Shown here one piece after another: positions 9,032 through 17,788 of a DNA stretch of 64,000 nucleotides. The stretch spans positions 343,635 through 407,634 of IMG/VR virus record IMGVR_UViG_3300036853_000446; one strand, 5' to 3'. Positions within the stretch are counted from its first letter, which is position 1. Each line of letters starts with the position of its first letter. Position numbers and translations under genes: made by a program. The notes under the pieces were generated by a model. That model was not told the DNA's origin and ran no database searches. It saw nothing but the letters and a program-made list of their open reading frames with translations.

Positions 9032-9269
9032 CGCAGAGCAGCGTGCAACGGTCGAGAGCGGGTTGGATTTGCTCCCAACTCGAGGAGGACGAGATGTAGA
9101 AAGCGCGGTCGCGGGTGTCGGCGAAATGGAAATGCAGCGCCGCCGGACAGCGACAGTAGCCACAGATCTGGCAACGCCCGCCCTTGTACGCGAGGGCCCT
9201 TTCCTTGAGTCTGAGGTGCCGCCGGTGGGCTCGGAAGCGACGCTGCCACCGCTCATCGAGTTCGCCCAT
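8961..9269 (-). CDS. HNH-endonuclease-like Zn-finger protein with degenerate catalytic His positions
   Basis: YKGGRCQICGY...ALHFHF...LDRCTLLCANC; CGGTGTA motif 10 nt upstream. Confidence 0.75.
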   Translation of the reverse strand: MGELDERWQRRFRAHRRHLRLKERALAYKGGRCQICGYCRCPAALHFHFADTRDRAFYISSSSSWEQIQPALDRCTLLCANCRCEVRAGWHPAHLVLEDGRL

Positions 9270-9279
9270 AGCCCCGTCT

Positions 9280-9286
9280 TACACCG
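9280..9286 (-). promoter_or_regulatory. CGGTGTA motif, 10 nt before HNH-like start
   Basis: Exact heptamer in a 20-nt intergenic gap. Confidence 0.6.
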
Positions 9287-9289
9287 CCT

Positions 9290-10396
9290 TCAGAGGGTCA
9301 GCTCAAAGCGCTTCATCACCGACGAAGGTATCGGCATGTTGAACACGTACGTCGCGAACGTCTCAGCGAAATCCTCACGCACGTTCGTCGCCGCGTAGCT
9401 CGACACGGTTTCTACCTTCACGGATTTCAGCCGAACGTATCGGTGATTGGGGCGCACGACTTGCCGTTCGACCCAAGCTCCCGCCTCGCTGTAGGCTCGC
9501 CAGTAATCCTTCGGTGAGGCTCCGATCTCCTTCAGATACTCGGCGACGGGAAGCCCCTTCTCTCGGAGAAATTTCTTCGCAGCCGCCGGCCTGAACTCGC
9601 CCTTCACGAGTGCTTGAAACAGATCCTGCCGCTGGTCGACGGTAAGTCCGCCCGCCGAGTACAGGTCCTCGTACTGCTCTTGCTGTGCCGTCGAGAGATG
9701 CTTGTGCCATCGCCGGTGCCCTATCTCGTGTACCAGCGTGAAGACGTCCGAGTGTTGATTTTTCGCATCTACGGTCAGCGCGATCGAGTCGCTGGCCTTA
9801 AAATATTCCCCTGCAACGCCAGGGCGACTCACTTTCGTATCCAGCAGGACTTCCCCGTACAGCAGGTCTCCGAACCCCTTTGCACGGACACGATCGGAGG
9901 CTTTGTCCAGCACCTCGAGGGGCTCGGCGTACTCCGACACGGAAAAGCCGTACTTGTTGACGATCTGCCATGGCCCATGGCTGAAGGTCTTCTCAACCTT
10001 AGCGTAGCCTTCGATCCGGTCTGCGACACGGCTCAACGACTTGAGCGTGTCTGCAAGCGACTCGAGGTGGTTGTGAATATGAATGTCTTGGATCGTCTCG
10101 TCGAGTTCGAGAGATCGGGAGTCGAAAGCTCTCTGAAGGTGCCGCAACCACCCGATCACGTTTTTCAGCTTCCGCTGCTCGTCTGGCCGCGAGAACTTGA
10201 TGTTGTCGAGCGCCGACGCGAGTGGCGCCAGCTCCCGTCCAAGTTCGAGGAACCGCTCCTTGGCTGCGGGAATGTTCTTCGCCTGGAGGAGGGCTTCGAT
10301 TCGCGGCCGCGCCGCCCTGAACGCTTGAATGGCGTCGTTCACGAGCTGTTTCGAGGCGTAGCGGGTCGCGACCCGGTACACCATCGTACTGGTCAC
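9290..10396 (-). CDS. zincin metallopeptidase paralog C with N-terminal RVATRY tag
   Basis: LVHEIGHRR...SSYAATNVREDFAETFA; GTG start overlaps the upstream stop (GTGA). Confidence 0.8.
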   Translation of the reverse strand: MTSTMVYRVATRYASKQLVNDAIQAFRAARPRIEALLQAKNIPAAKERFLELGRELAPLASALDNIKFSRPDEQRKLKNVIGWLRHLQRAFDSRSLELDETIQDIHIHNHLESLADTLKSLSRVADRIEGYAKVEKTFSHGPWQIVNKYGFSVSEYAEPLEVLDKASDRVRAKGFGDLLYGEVLLDTKVSRPGVAGEYFKASDSIALTVDAKNQHSDVFTLVHEIGHRRWHKHLSTAQQEQYEDLYSAGGLTVDQRQDLFQALVKGEFRPAAAKKFLREKGLPVAEYLKEIGASPKDYWRAYSEAGAWVERQVVRPNHRYVRLKSVKVETVSSYAATNVREDFAETFATYVFNMPIPSSVMKRFELTL

Positions 10397-11526
10397 AGAA
10401 GCGACTCCATGATCGCGCCAATGCCCGGGGGCAGGTTCTTCCCCATGACATAGTGCGCGAATGCTTCCGCAAAGTTCTCCATCCAGCCGCCTGTCTTCCC
10501 GTAGCTCGTGACGTACTCGGGCTCGCGGACGACCTCCTTCGTCTTGATGGTAAAGTCCTTGCCGCTGACGACTGCCTTGCGCAGCTCCGCTTCGACGTCC
10601 TCCCCCTTCACGAACCGAACGCCAAGCTTTTGGGCAACGGAGCCAGCCGGCGTGCCGATGGTATGCCCCATCCACTCCAGGAACAGCTCCGATGGTTTCG
10701 GCTGGGGCTTGCCGTCACGCCGCGCCTTCGCGATGTCGATGTATTCGGCCGCGACGTTCTCCCGAGCCCCGGCGTCATATGTGATCTCGCGGTGCTCGGG
10801 CGTCGTGGAAAGACGCATGAACTCGTCCCGCTGGTCCTTGTTCTTCCAGAACTTGTAGAAGTACCGGTGCCCAAACTCGTGGCACAAGGCGTGGACGTCT
10901 CCGATGTTGCCCCGGGCCTTGAGGCTCAAGTAGACAACGTCGTTGGTCACATTGTAACGAGCGGCCGCCATATGATTCGACAGATTCTTGACGATGAAGA
11001 CCCGCCCGTAGAGGACCTTTGGAAACTTTGGCTGGAGGATCTTGTAGGCCTTGTCGAGCGCCTCGAGACATTCTCGAACTTTAGGCCCCGTGACTCCGTG
11101 AGGCACGATCTCGAAAACGCCGTGCTGGAAGGTCTTGTCGTCGGCCTTGTTGATGATACCCTGCAGCCATTTGATTTCGAACGCGAGTTGGCCAAAAAGC
11201 TCCTGAGGAGCTGCGTCTGGTTCGAGCACCAGTCGTCCAAGAGCGCGAATGATGGTCAATGCTCTCTTCTGATGGCGGGGGCCGAGGGCGGAGTACCAGT
11301 CCGCGTCCACAGACCATCGGTCACCGTTACGTATGACATCGAGTTCCGCGAGCGCCTGCTCTACCAGGGCCACGTTGAACTTACCCGTACTCAGGCCCTG
11401 AACGACGGGGCCCAGAGCGCCGCGCGACAGGATGTATCGCGCCGCTACCCGCCCGGTCATCACAGCGGCTGCGGCCACCCGCGCCTTTACAGCCCACCGC
11501 GTGGCCACCCGAGCCGTCAGGTTCAC
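10393..11526 (-). CDS. zincin metallopeptidase paralog B with repeated N-terminal RVAxR tags
   Basis: LCHEFGHRY...TSYGKTGGWMENFAEAFA; GTGA overlap with the upstream gene. Confidence 0.8.
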   Translation of the reverse strand: MNLTARVATRWAVKARVAAAAVMTGRVAARYILSRGALGPVVQGLSTGKFNVALVEQALAELDVIRNGDRWSVDADWYSALGPRHQKRALTIIRALGRLVLEPDAAPQELFGQLAFEIKWLQGIINKADDKTFQHGVFEIVPHGVTGPKVRECLEALDKAYKILQPKFPKVLYGRVFIVKNLSNHMAAARYNVTNDVVYLSLKARGNIGDVHALCHEFGHRYFYKFWKNKDQRDEFMRLSTTPEHREITYDAGARENVAAEYIDIAKARRDGKPQPKPSELFLEWMGHTIGTPAGSVAQKLGVRFVKGEDVEAELRKAVVSGKDFTIKTKEVVREPEYVTSYGKTGGWMENFAEAFAHYVMGKNLPPGIGAIMESLL

Positions 11527-12884
11527 GCGACACCTTGAAGCGACAGATAGCGCTCTGCCACTCGCGTCGCGGCCAGTTTGGCCCCACCCAACCCACAAAC
11601 CTGGCTGAAGAACTCCCGCGTCCATGGTTTGACGGCGCGAGGCCCCTTCGTAATCCACAGGCGAAAGACTTCGGCGAAGGCTTCCATCGGGTTCGTATTG
11701 CCGTAGTCGGTCGTCTCTTCGATCAGAACCGGCTCCCCTACCTTGGTCTCGAGAAATTTCGTGTAGGCTGCGGGGTCAAAGACTTTCACGTCCCAAGGCA
11801 TGAGAATCATCTTAGCTAGCTCTCGAAACTTGGCTTCATCCGCGGCACCCCCCGCGTGAGGCAGAACCGCCCGTAACCGATCGTCGTCCCCGTCCAGAGC
11901 CCTTAGTGTTTGAGAGTCAACCTTACGAATGATCAGGTCGGCGAACCTACGCACGTCGTCGCGCGTGATCTTCACCGACCGCGACATCATGACCTCCTCC
12001 CAGTGGTTTCGTGCCTGCACCGGCAATTCCCGAAAGTAGAAGCGGTGCCCACACTCGTGTACGAAAGTTCCGTGACCAGAATCGTCTCCCACGATTCCGA
12101 GCGAATACATGCTCAATGTGTCGGTCGCGGGCTGATACATCCCGGTTGTTGCCCACTCTTTCGCCTTCGTGTCGAAGTCGACCGTTACCGTCAGCCCTTT
12201 GACTGCCCCTCCGAATCCAGACCGTTTGATCTCGTCGACTCGTTGCCTGAGGCTTCGAAGGAAGGACTCGAGATCATTCTGATCATCATCGTCACGTCCA
12301 AAGTTCAGTAGCACGACGTGGACGCCGCCTACCTCCAAATGGTCGACCGGGATGTAACGCTCGACTTTGCCTTCTGGTGACATTTCAAGGTAGTCGTCGA
12401 TTTCCTTCAGCGCCTTCGTTGCCTTCAGTTGATAGCGCTTGATATTGCGGTCACGTTCGTGTCGAAGCTTCGACCAGTCGGGCTCCTTGCTCGGGTGGAA
12501 GACGGGGAAGAGCTGGTGGGCATCGAGTTCGTGCCTGAGGTCCCACGCGCTCGTTCGAATCGCCTTCTCCATGTGGGTTTCGGGCCGGTCCGACGCATGG
12601 GTCTTCGGGAGGAGTTCGCGATAAACCCACTCCTCAAAGTTTTCCCGAAAGTTACGAAACAGACTTCGGGCCTGCTCGAACACGGCGCGCGCATCACGAA
12701 CGCGAGTCACGTCCGCGTCGTAGGGTACATCGGCGTCGATGGAGCGGTAGATCTTCGTCATGATGCGGAGGTCTTTCCGCCACCGATCAACAGTACTCTT
12801 GTCGAGGGTCCTCGCGCTTCGACCGCCGGTTGACAGATAGCGATGGACTAGACTCGCCGTGAGAGGTTCTCCGTCCATGATCAC
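11523..12884 (-). CDS. zincin metallopeptidase paralog A
   Basis: FVHECGHRF...TDYGNTNPMEAFAEVFR; C-terminus TRVAERYL; GTGA overlap with the topoisomerase stop. Confidence 0.8.
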   Translation of the reverse strand: MIMDGEPLTASLVHRYLSTGGRSARTLDKSTVDRWRKDLRIMTKIYRSIDADVPYDADVTRVRDARAVFEQARSLFRNFRENFEEWVYRELLPKTHASDRPETHMEKAIRTSAWDLRHELDAHQLFPVFHPSKEPDWSKLRHERDRNIKRYQLKATKALKEIDDYLEMSPEGKVERYIPVDHLEVGGVHVVLLNFGRDDDDQNDLESFLRSLRQRVDEIKRSGFGGAVKGLTVTVDFDTKAKEWATTGMYQPATDTLSMYSLGIVGDDSGHGTFVHECGHRFYFRELPVQARNHWEEVMMSRSVKITRDDVRRFADLIIRKVDSQTLRALDGDDDRLRAVLPHAGGAADEAKFRELAKMILMPWDVKVFDPAAYTKFLETKVGEPVLIEETTDYGNTNPMEAFAEVFRLWITKGPRAVKPWTREFFSQVCGLGGAKLAATRVAERYLSLQGVA

Positions 12885-13699
12885 CGCTCCAGATAGATTT
12901 CTGCGACGCAGGCCGCGGTCTTGACCATCTTGTCCATCACGCTGCCATCTTTCAAATACGCATCGGATAACCCAGGCACGAGGTATTGATTCTCCAGCGT
13001 ACCGGCCTCGTGGCCAACAGCCTCTGCTGTGGTCTCGAGTGCCTTCTTGAACTCCTTCTTGAGCTGAGTCTTACGCTCTTTCGGATCGGTTGGAAGCTTT
13101 CCACCTTTGCTCCGGACCGCCTTGAGTTCCGTCTTCATGGTTTCGTTTGCATGAAGTCCGCGAATGTCCTTGGCACTGATGTCAAATTCGTCGAGAAAGG
13201 TATTCACCTTCTCCGCCGTGATCTTACCCCCTTCATGGCAGAAGAGATCGCCGTCTTTGCAGTTCTCATGAGCATGTTTGAGAGCCGAGACGAGGGCCTT
13301 GTCGGTCACGGTCTTCTTCTGCTTGACTCCGCTCTTGCCTGTGTAGCTGATCGTAGCCTTGGCCTTGCCAAAGCTCACGTGGCTCTTCTGCCACCCGGTC
13401 ACGCCCACGTGACCGAGTTCTTCCTTCGAAGTATCATTGCCGACCCGTTCCGCGGTGTGATCCATCAACCCGACGACGAGCGCCGTCAGGGCCGTCTCGG
13501 GGTCCTTTGACGCGAGGTCCTTCTTGACGCGGGCGCGGAGCTTGTGGACGCTCTTCCGCAGCTTCTCGAGCCGTTTGGCCTTGTCGCTGTTGCGCTTGGC
13601 AATTTGCCGCTCGGAATACTCGTAGACGACCGTGTCCGAGTCCGGGATTTTCTTCTTGGATTTGTAACGAGCGGCAACTCGGGCAGCAATGGACGTCAC
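12881..13699 (-). CDS. type IB DNA topoisomerase (catalytic core only)
   Basis: Catalytic pentad ERVGN (R), YTGKSG (K), KDIRG (R), AVGH (H), NQYL (Y). Confidence 0.88.
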   Translation of the reverse strand: MTSIAARVAARYKSKKKIPDSDTVVYEYSERQIAKRNSDKAKRLEKLRKSVHKLRARVKKDLASKDPETALTALVVGLMDHTAERVGNDTSKEELGHVGVTGWQKSHVSFGKAKATISYTGKSGVKQKKTVTDKALVSALKHAHENCKDGDLFCHEGGKITAEKVNTFLDEFDISAKDIRGLHANETMKTELKAVRSKGGKLPTDPKERKTQLKKEFKKALETTAEAVGHEAGTLENQYLVPGLSDAYLKDGSVMDKMVKTAACVAEIYLER

Positions 13700-13812
13700 C
13701 CCCCTGCCGCGGCAACAGAGGATTAGGGGCCGGCGATTCTGCGCGTCCGGCGAAACCCGTTCGGGTGACGGCGCGGCCGGGGGCTAACTTCCACTTGTGC
13801 AGCTCCCCTGGC

Positions 13813-15105
13813 ATGAGCCTCTCGGAGTCACCGTCGAACAATCTACCGGTCGCCATCTATCATGCCTTCGACCTGCCATTCACCGAGGTCGAAAGTCTCG
13901 TGGAAGTCATTGCAAAGCAGGGTTACTCTCACGTTCAGATCCCGCCCGCTCAGAAGTCGAACGACGCGGGCGGCGCGTGGTACGAGCGCTATCAGCCCGT
14001 TGACTACACCGTGATCGAGGGACGAGGGAGCGAAGCCGAACTCGAGAGTCTGACCAAGGCGGCCCATGCCTGCGGCCTGCGAGTGATCGCCGATGTCGTT
14101 TTCAACCAAATGGCCAACAGCCCGCCTTACTACGATAAGGAAACGGGCAAGCTCGATTTCCCCGGCTTGACTCCAGAGGACTTTCATCCCAAGAAGGACA
14201 TCGATTACGGGAACCCAGACCTGATCAGAGACGGTTGGCTCAACGGCGATTTGCCGGACCTGGACCATACCCGACCCGCCGTGCAGCGGCTTCAGAAGGG
14301 GCACCTCGCCAAGTTGCTCGCGCTCGGCATCGACGGCTTCCGGTTTGACGCCGCCAAGCACATGGCGATGAGCACCCTGCAAGACTATCTCGAATTCATC
14401 AACGTCGAGACCAACAACGAGGCCTGGAATTACCTCGAGGTCATCGAGGGCGATGGCATCTCGGGAGATAGCTACCAAAGCATCGCTGCCGTTACCGATT
14501 TTCGTCTCTACCATGCCGTCCGCGATGCCTTTTCCTTTGGAGGAGACCTAAAGAATTTGCGCATGCCACGCGGACTCGACGACTCGCGCAGCGTCCTTTT
14601 TGGCATGAATCACGACACCGATACGAACAATACCGAAGGCCTCAACGAGATGGCTTACGCCGAACGAAGTGATTCGCTGCTCGCAACGGCCTACGTGCTG
14701 GCCCGCGAGAACGGGGTCCCCCTCGTGCTCCATAGTGACAATCAGGTCGACTATATCCAGGCCGGCGCGAAGTTCCGGCAGATCATGCGAGCGAAATCGG
14801 GCGAAGGTCTATCCGTCACGGAGAATGTGCTCGGGATCGTCGAGGGAGACACGATACTCGTCATGGAACGGGGGACCGAAGGACTCTTCATCGTCAACAA
14901 GGCCGCAGAGACCTTCGATATTTCGAAGCTCGACGTGACGTTTACTCACCTCGGTGGGCGCTACCGCGAGCTGCGCCACGGCTTTACGATGGACATCGAA
15001 CGGAAAGACGATCGGAAGGCCATCGTCAACTGGGGCGATACGAATCGAGATGGCCTGTACATCAAGGGAAGGGATGCCCTCTATTTCGTCCGCGCCGCTT
15101 CATAG
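13813..15105 (+). CDS. GH13 alpha-amylase, no signal peptide
   Basis: Conserved regions DVVFNQ, GFRFDAAKH (nucleophile), YLEVI (acid/base), MNHDT; WYERYQPVDY. Confidence 0.9.
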   Translation: MSLSESPSNNLPVAIYHAFDLPFTEVESLVEVIAKQGYSHVQIPPAQKSNDAGGAWYERYQPVDYTVIEGRGSEAELESLTKAAHACGLRVIADVVFNQMANSPPYYDKETGKLDFPGLTPEDFHPKKDIDYGNPDLIRDGWLNGDLPDLDHTRPAVQRLQKGHLAKLLALGIDGFRFDAAKHMAMSTLQDYLEFINVETNNEAWNYLEVIEGDGISGDSYQSIAAVTDFRLYHAVRDAFSFGGDLKNLRMPRGLDDSRSVLFGMNHDTDTNNTEGLNEMAYAERSDSLLATAYVLARENGVPLVLHSDNQVDYIQAGAKFRQIMRAKSGEGLSVTENVLGIVEGDTILVMERGTEGLFIVNKAAETFDISKLDVTFTHLGGRYRELRHGFTMDIERKDDRKAIVNWGDTNRDGLYIKGRDALYFVRAAS

Positions 15106-16040
15106 GCAGAGATGACCAGCTGGAGCATCTTGTACGGGTTCGGAGAGTCGAGGGTCATCGGCACATTGAATCCCGCAGCTTTCGTGTGCCCCCCTCCCCC
15201 GTGAGCAAGGGCCAAACTGCCGCAGTCATACGAACCCCGCGAGCGCGAACTGCAGAGGAGCTTGAAGCCGCCCTCTTCATGGGCGATGTCGTACGCCACG
15301 ACCAGGTCGATCTTTGCCCCCATCGCCTCGGCCACGTCGCTCGACCATTTCACGCCCTGAAACAGGGCGACCCGAGTACCCACGGGGCTCGTCCAGTGGT
15401 AGGCTCTCTCGGTAATCTTGGCGACCGTCTTGAGCTTCTTGGCCCAGAGATGCCCGCCAAGGCTGAGTTCGCTTCGCCAAAAAGCGGGCCCGTCCTTCAG
15501 CAAGTGCTCGAGGGGCCAGAACCTCAAGGCCTCGGCCATCTCACAGGCTTTATTCCAATCCGGGTCCCCCGTTTGCCACGTGTCACGGATGCCGCTCAAT
15601 CGGGCGAACTCGCGGACAATGAGGGGCTCGGCGTCGAGCAGCTCCGCTGACCCCTTCAGCGGCCTCCAGACGTGCTCGTAGGCGAGCACGGCACCGCAGA
15701 CCCCAGGGTCCTTGTCCTCGTCCCCAAAGACCCCGAGGCCCGCCTGGACGAACGCCTGAACGCTACTCCCCTTCTTGTGATGGTCGAGAACGATGGTTCC
15801 CGCGTCGATGAAGGCCTGCGCCCTCTCTTCCGGGGGGCTGAAATCCACGAACATCATGCCCGGCACAGCCTCGAGGTTCGATTTCTCAGTGGTACCGTGG
15901 TCAATGACCCGGATTTCGGGGCGACCCGCGCCGTAGGCGTCGGCCACGATCATGGCGGATGCGACGCCGTCTGGGCAACTGTTGCCGTGGCTGATGACGA
16001 GTTTGATGTTCCGAAGTTGCTCGAGCGTGAAATATCCCAT
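15081..16040 (-). CDS. DHH/DHHA1 family phosphoesterase
   Basis: SHGNSCPDG, FVDFS, LDHH, GGGGHTKAAG. Confidence 0.88.
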   Translation of the reverse strand: MGYFTLEQLRNIKLVISHGNSCPDGVASAMIVADAYGAGRPEIRVIDHGTTEKSNLEAVPGMMFVDFSPPEERAQAFIDAGTIVLDHHKKGSSVQAFVQAGLGVFGDEDKDPGVCGAVLAYEHVWRPLKGSAELLDAEPLIVREFARLSGIRDTWQTGDPDWNKACEMAEALRFWPLEHLLKDGPAFWRSELSLGGHLWAKKLKTVAKITERAYHWTSPVGTRVALFQGVKWSSDVAEAMGAKIDLVVAYDIAHEEGGFKLLCSSRSRGSYDCGSLALAHGGGGHTKAAGFNVPMTLDSPNPYKMLQLVISAYEAARTK

Positions 16041-16050
16041 TCAGTGGCGT

Positions 16051-16057
16051 TACACCG
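16051..16057 (-). promoter_or_regulatory. CGGTGTA motif, 10 nt before DHH start
   Basis: Exact heptamer, intergenic. Confidence 0.6.
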
Positions 16058-16085
16058 CGCCAGGAAGCGATCAGGTTTCTAGCGC

Positions 16086-16841
16086 TCAGTTTTCGAGGCG
16101 GTGCTTCTTCTCACGAATGGCGTCGAACAGCTCATTGCGCAACCGTTGGCTGGCGATACTGGCCATTCTCCCCCGCGAGGCCCGGTACCACGTCTCGAGT
16201 TCGTCCATGCCTGCGATCCCGGAAAGCTCCGCCAAGAGGACCTGCTGTGTCAGCACCTCGGTCGTCTGCCTGGGCGGGTCGACGAAATCGCGATTGGTCG
16301 TCGCCTCGGGATGTTCCTCGATCTTCTGGTGGGTGGCCGCCAGCTGCGGAGCGAGGTCGAGGAGACGGTTTATTCCCTCACGGGCTTTTGCCGCCGAGTC
16401 TTGGTCGAAGCCGTACGCCGCGTTGATGTAGATTTGCAGAGCCTGCCAGGCGTGGAGAATGAGATCGAAGTGGGCCTGCGTCTTGCAGTTCGGTATTGCC
16501 TGCTTGATGGCATCCTCGATCATTTGGGCTGGTGTCTCCGCCGGTGTCTCCGCCGGTGTCTTCGCCGGTGTCTTCGCTGGCGTCTGCATTGGTGTCTCGG
16601 CTGACGACGGGGTTACGACCTGCTTCTCCTGCTTCTCCCGAGCCTCGACCTTCAGCGCTTCGAGATCGATACCCGCGGGCTGGCCCAGGGCCTCGAGGAG
16701 GCGCTCGATGTACGCGAGGCCCTCATCCTTCGAGAGAAGGTCTCGAAACAGACCCCGCAGTGCGTGCTGAAAGTCCTCATCGCCGTGTTCCTGTCGAATC
16801 CTTTGAAGAGTTTCGACCATTTGTTGGAGATTGATCTGCAT
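16086..16841 (-). CDS. hypothetical helical protein with TPA[KE] linker repeats
   Basis: 251-aa ORF with 12-bp tandem repeats in the linker. Confidence 0.65.
   Translation of the reverse strand: MQINLQQMVETLQRIRQEHGDEDFQHALRGLFRDLLSKDEGLAYIERLLEALGQPAGIDLEALKVEAREKQEKQVVTPSSAETPMQTPAKTPAKTPAETPAETPAQMIEDAIKQAIPNCKTQAHFDLILHAWQALQIYINAAYGFDQDSAAKAREGINRLLDLAPQLAATHQKIEEHPEATTNRDFVDPPRQTTEVLTQQVLLAELSGIAGMDELETWYRASRGRMASIASQRLRNELFDAIREKKHRLEN
16531..16590. repeat. 12-bp coding tandem repeat (TPA[KE])
   Basis: ggtgtctccgcc / ggtgtcttcgcc units. Confidence 0.8.
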
Positions 16842-16847
16842 GTCTTC

Positions 16848-17156
16848 TCAGGCTTGCGTCTTGTGGAGGCGATTACGTTGGGACTCGATTAACCGCGTGA
16901 ACAACTTGTCGGCGGCTCGTTTGGCACGATGCGGCGCCACGCCGAATCTCAGCATCAGTCGTTCGGCGGTCCCTCGCATCAGCTGGGGGGCGGCCTGTGG
17001 GTCCTTGAGAATCGACCAGCACGGTTTGCAGTAGACGAGCGAGGCGGGCGGTTTCACACCCGCCTTGACAAAGGTGATTTCCTCATCAGCCCTCAACTCG
17101 AGACACACACAGCTTGCATCGGGCGTCGACCGCTCGCAAACAATGCAGGTCTTCAT
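16848..17156 (-). CDS. small CxxC zinc-finger hypothetical protein
   Basis: CIVC...CKPC; start overlaps the upstream stop. Confidence 0.55.
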   Translation of the reverse strand: MKTCIVCERSTPDASCVCLELRADEEITFVKAGVKPPASLVYCKPCWSILKDPQAAPQLMRGTAERLMLRFGVAPHRAKRAADKLFTRLIESQRNRLHKTQA

Positions 17157-17788
17157 GTAGAACGACTCAACATTTTGAGCAGCGTCAGCGGGATCTCTTC
17201 CAGCTGAATTTCTTCCTCGACGATCTGACAGCCGAGCAGGATGGCCACCGAGAGAGGAACATGCTCATCCAGGCCCCGCACGTGGTCGCGACTCGCCTTC
17301 GAGGCACGACGCTCGGCTTCCGAGAATTCCGCCGTCTCCCGTTGAGTGTTCTCGAATGTCTCGGGGCCAAAATAGACCGAGCGGCACATGTCCGGATCCT
17401 TCGTGGACGAGGTGACGCGACATCGGAACGGTCGACTGTAGTAGACGCTGCAAAGGCCATCGACGAGGAGCGGACACGGGATGGCCGCCATCAACCAGAT
17501 CTCTGGCGCTGCACCGAAGGTCAAATGCGCGTGACGCTCGAGACTGGTCTTCAGCTGCGATCGCCATAGGCCATCCTGCTGGAGAACCCGATACAAGGAG
17601 ATGCCCTCCCAGATCGAGATCGTGACGGGGTAGTGGCAGCAATGATTGCAACCTTTGTGGCAGGTGATGTTCTCGAGGCCCACCTTCATGGCAAACGAAA
17701 CTGCGAGCCTGGATTTGGCGAGACGGCAGGAGGCAAGCCCCTGCTCCACCACGAGAGGGAGGTGGCGAACGCCTGAATCAGTCGACAA
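17153..17788 (-). CDS. YkgJ-family cysteine cluster protein
   Basis: CHKGCNHCC, CPLL..GLCSVYYSRPFRCR. Confidence 0.8.
   Translation of the reverse strand: MSTDSGVRHLPLVVEQGLASCRLAKSRLAVSFAMKVGLENITCHKGCNHCCHYPVTISIWEGISLYRVLQQDGLWRSQLKTSLERHAHLTFGAAPEIWLMAAIPCPLLVDGLCSVYYSRPFRCRVTSSTKDPDMCRSVYFGPETFENTQRETAEFSEAERRASKASRDHVRGLDEHVPLSVAILLGCQIVEEEIQLEEIPLTLLKMLSRST

Noticed and set aside
10397-10675. N-terminal extensions given by the ORF track (also 11527..11658, 36350..36448, 49082..49162)
   Set aside because: They overlap upstream genes. Downstream starts give GTGA coupling or correct motif spacing, or begin at the conserved domain.
10453-11538. Long plus-strand ORFs antisense to real genes (also 9614..10453, 25243..26235, 32047..33036, 42310..43470, 61938..62843)
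   Set aside because: Shadow ORFs expected in GC-rich DNA; they have no motifs, and the opposite strand carries clear domains.
12881-13699. Tyrosine recombinase / integrase
   Set aside because: Motif spacing and context (ERVGN, GKSG, KDIR, GH, Y) fit type IB topoisomerase, and no att-like boundary was seen.
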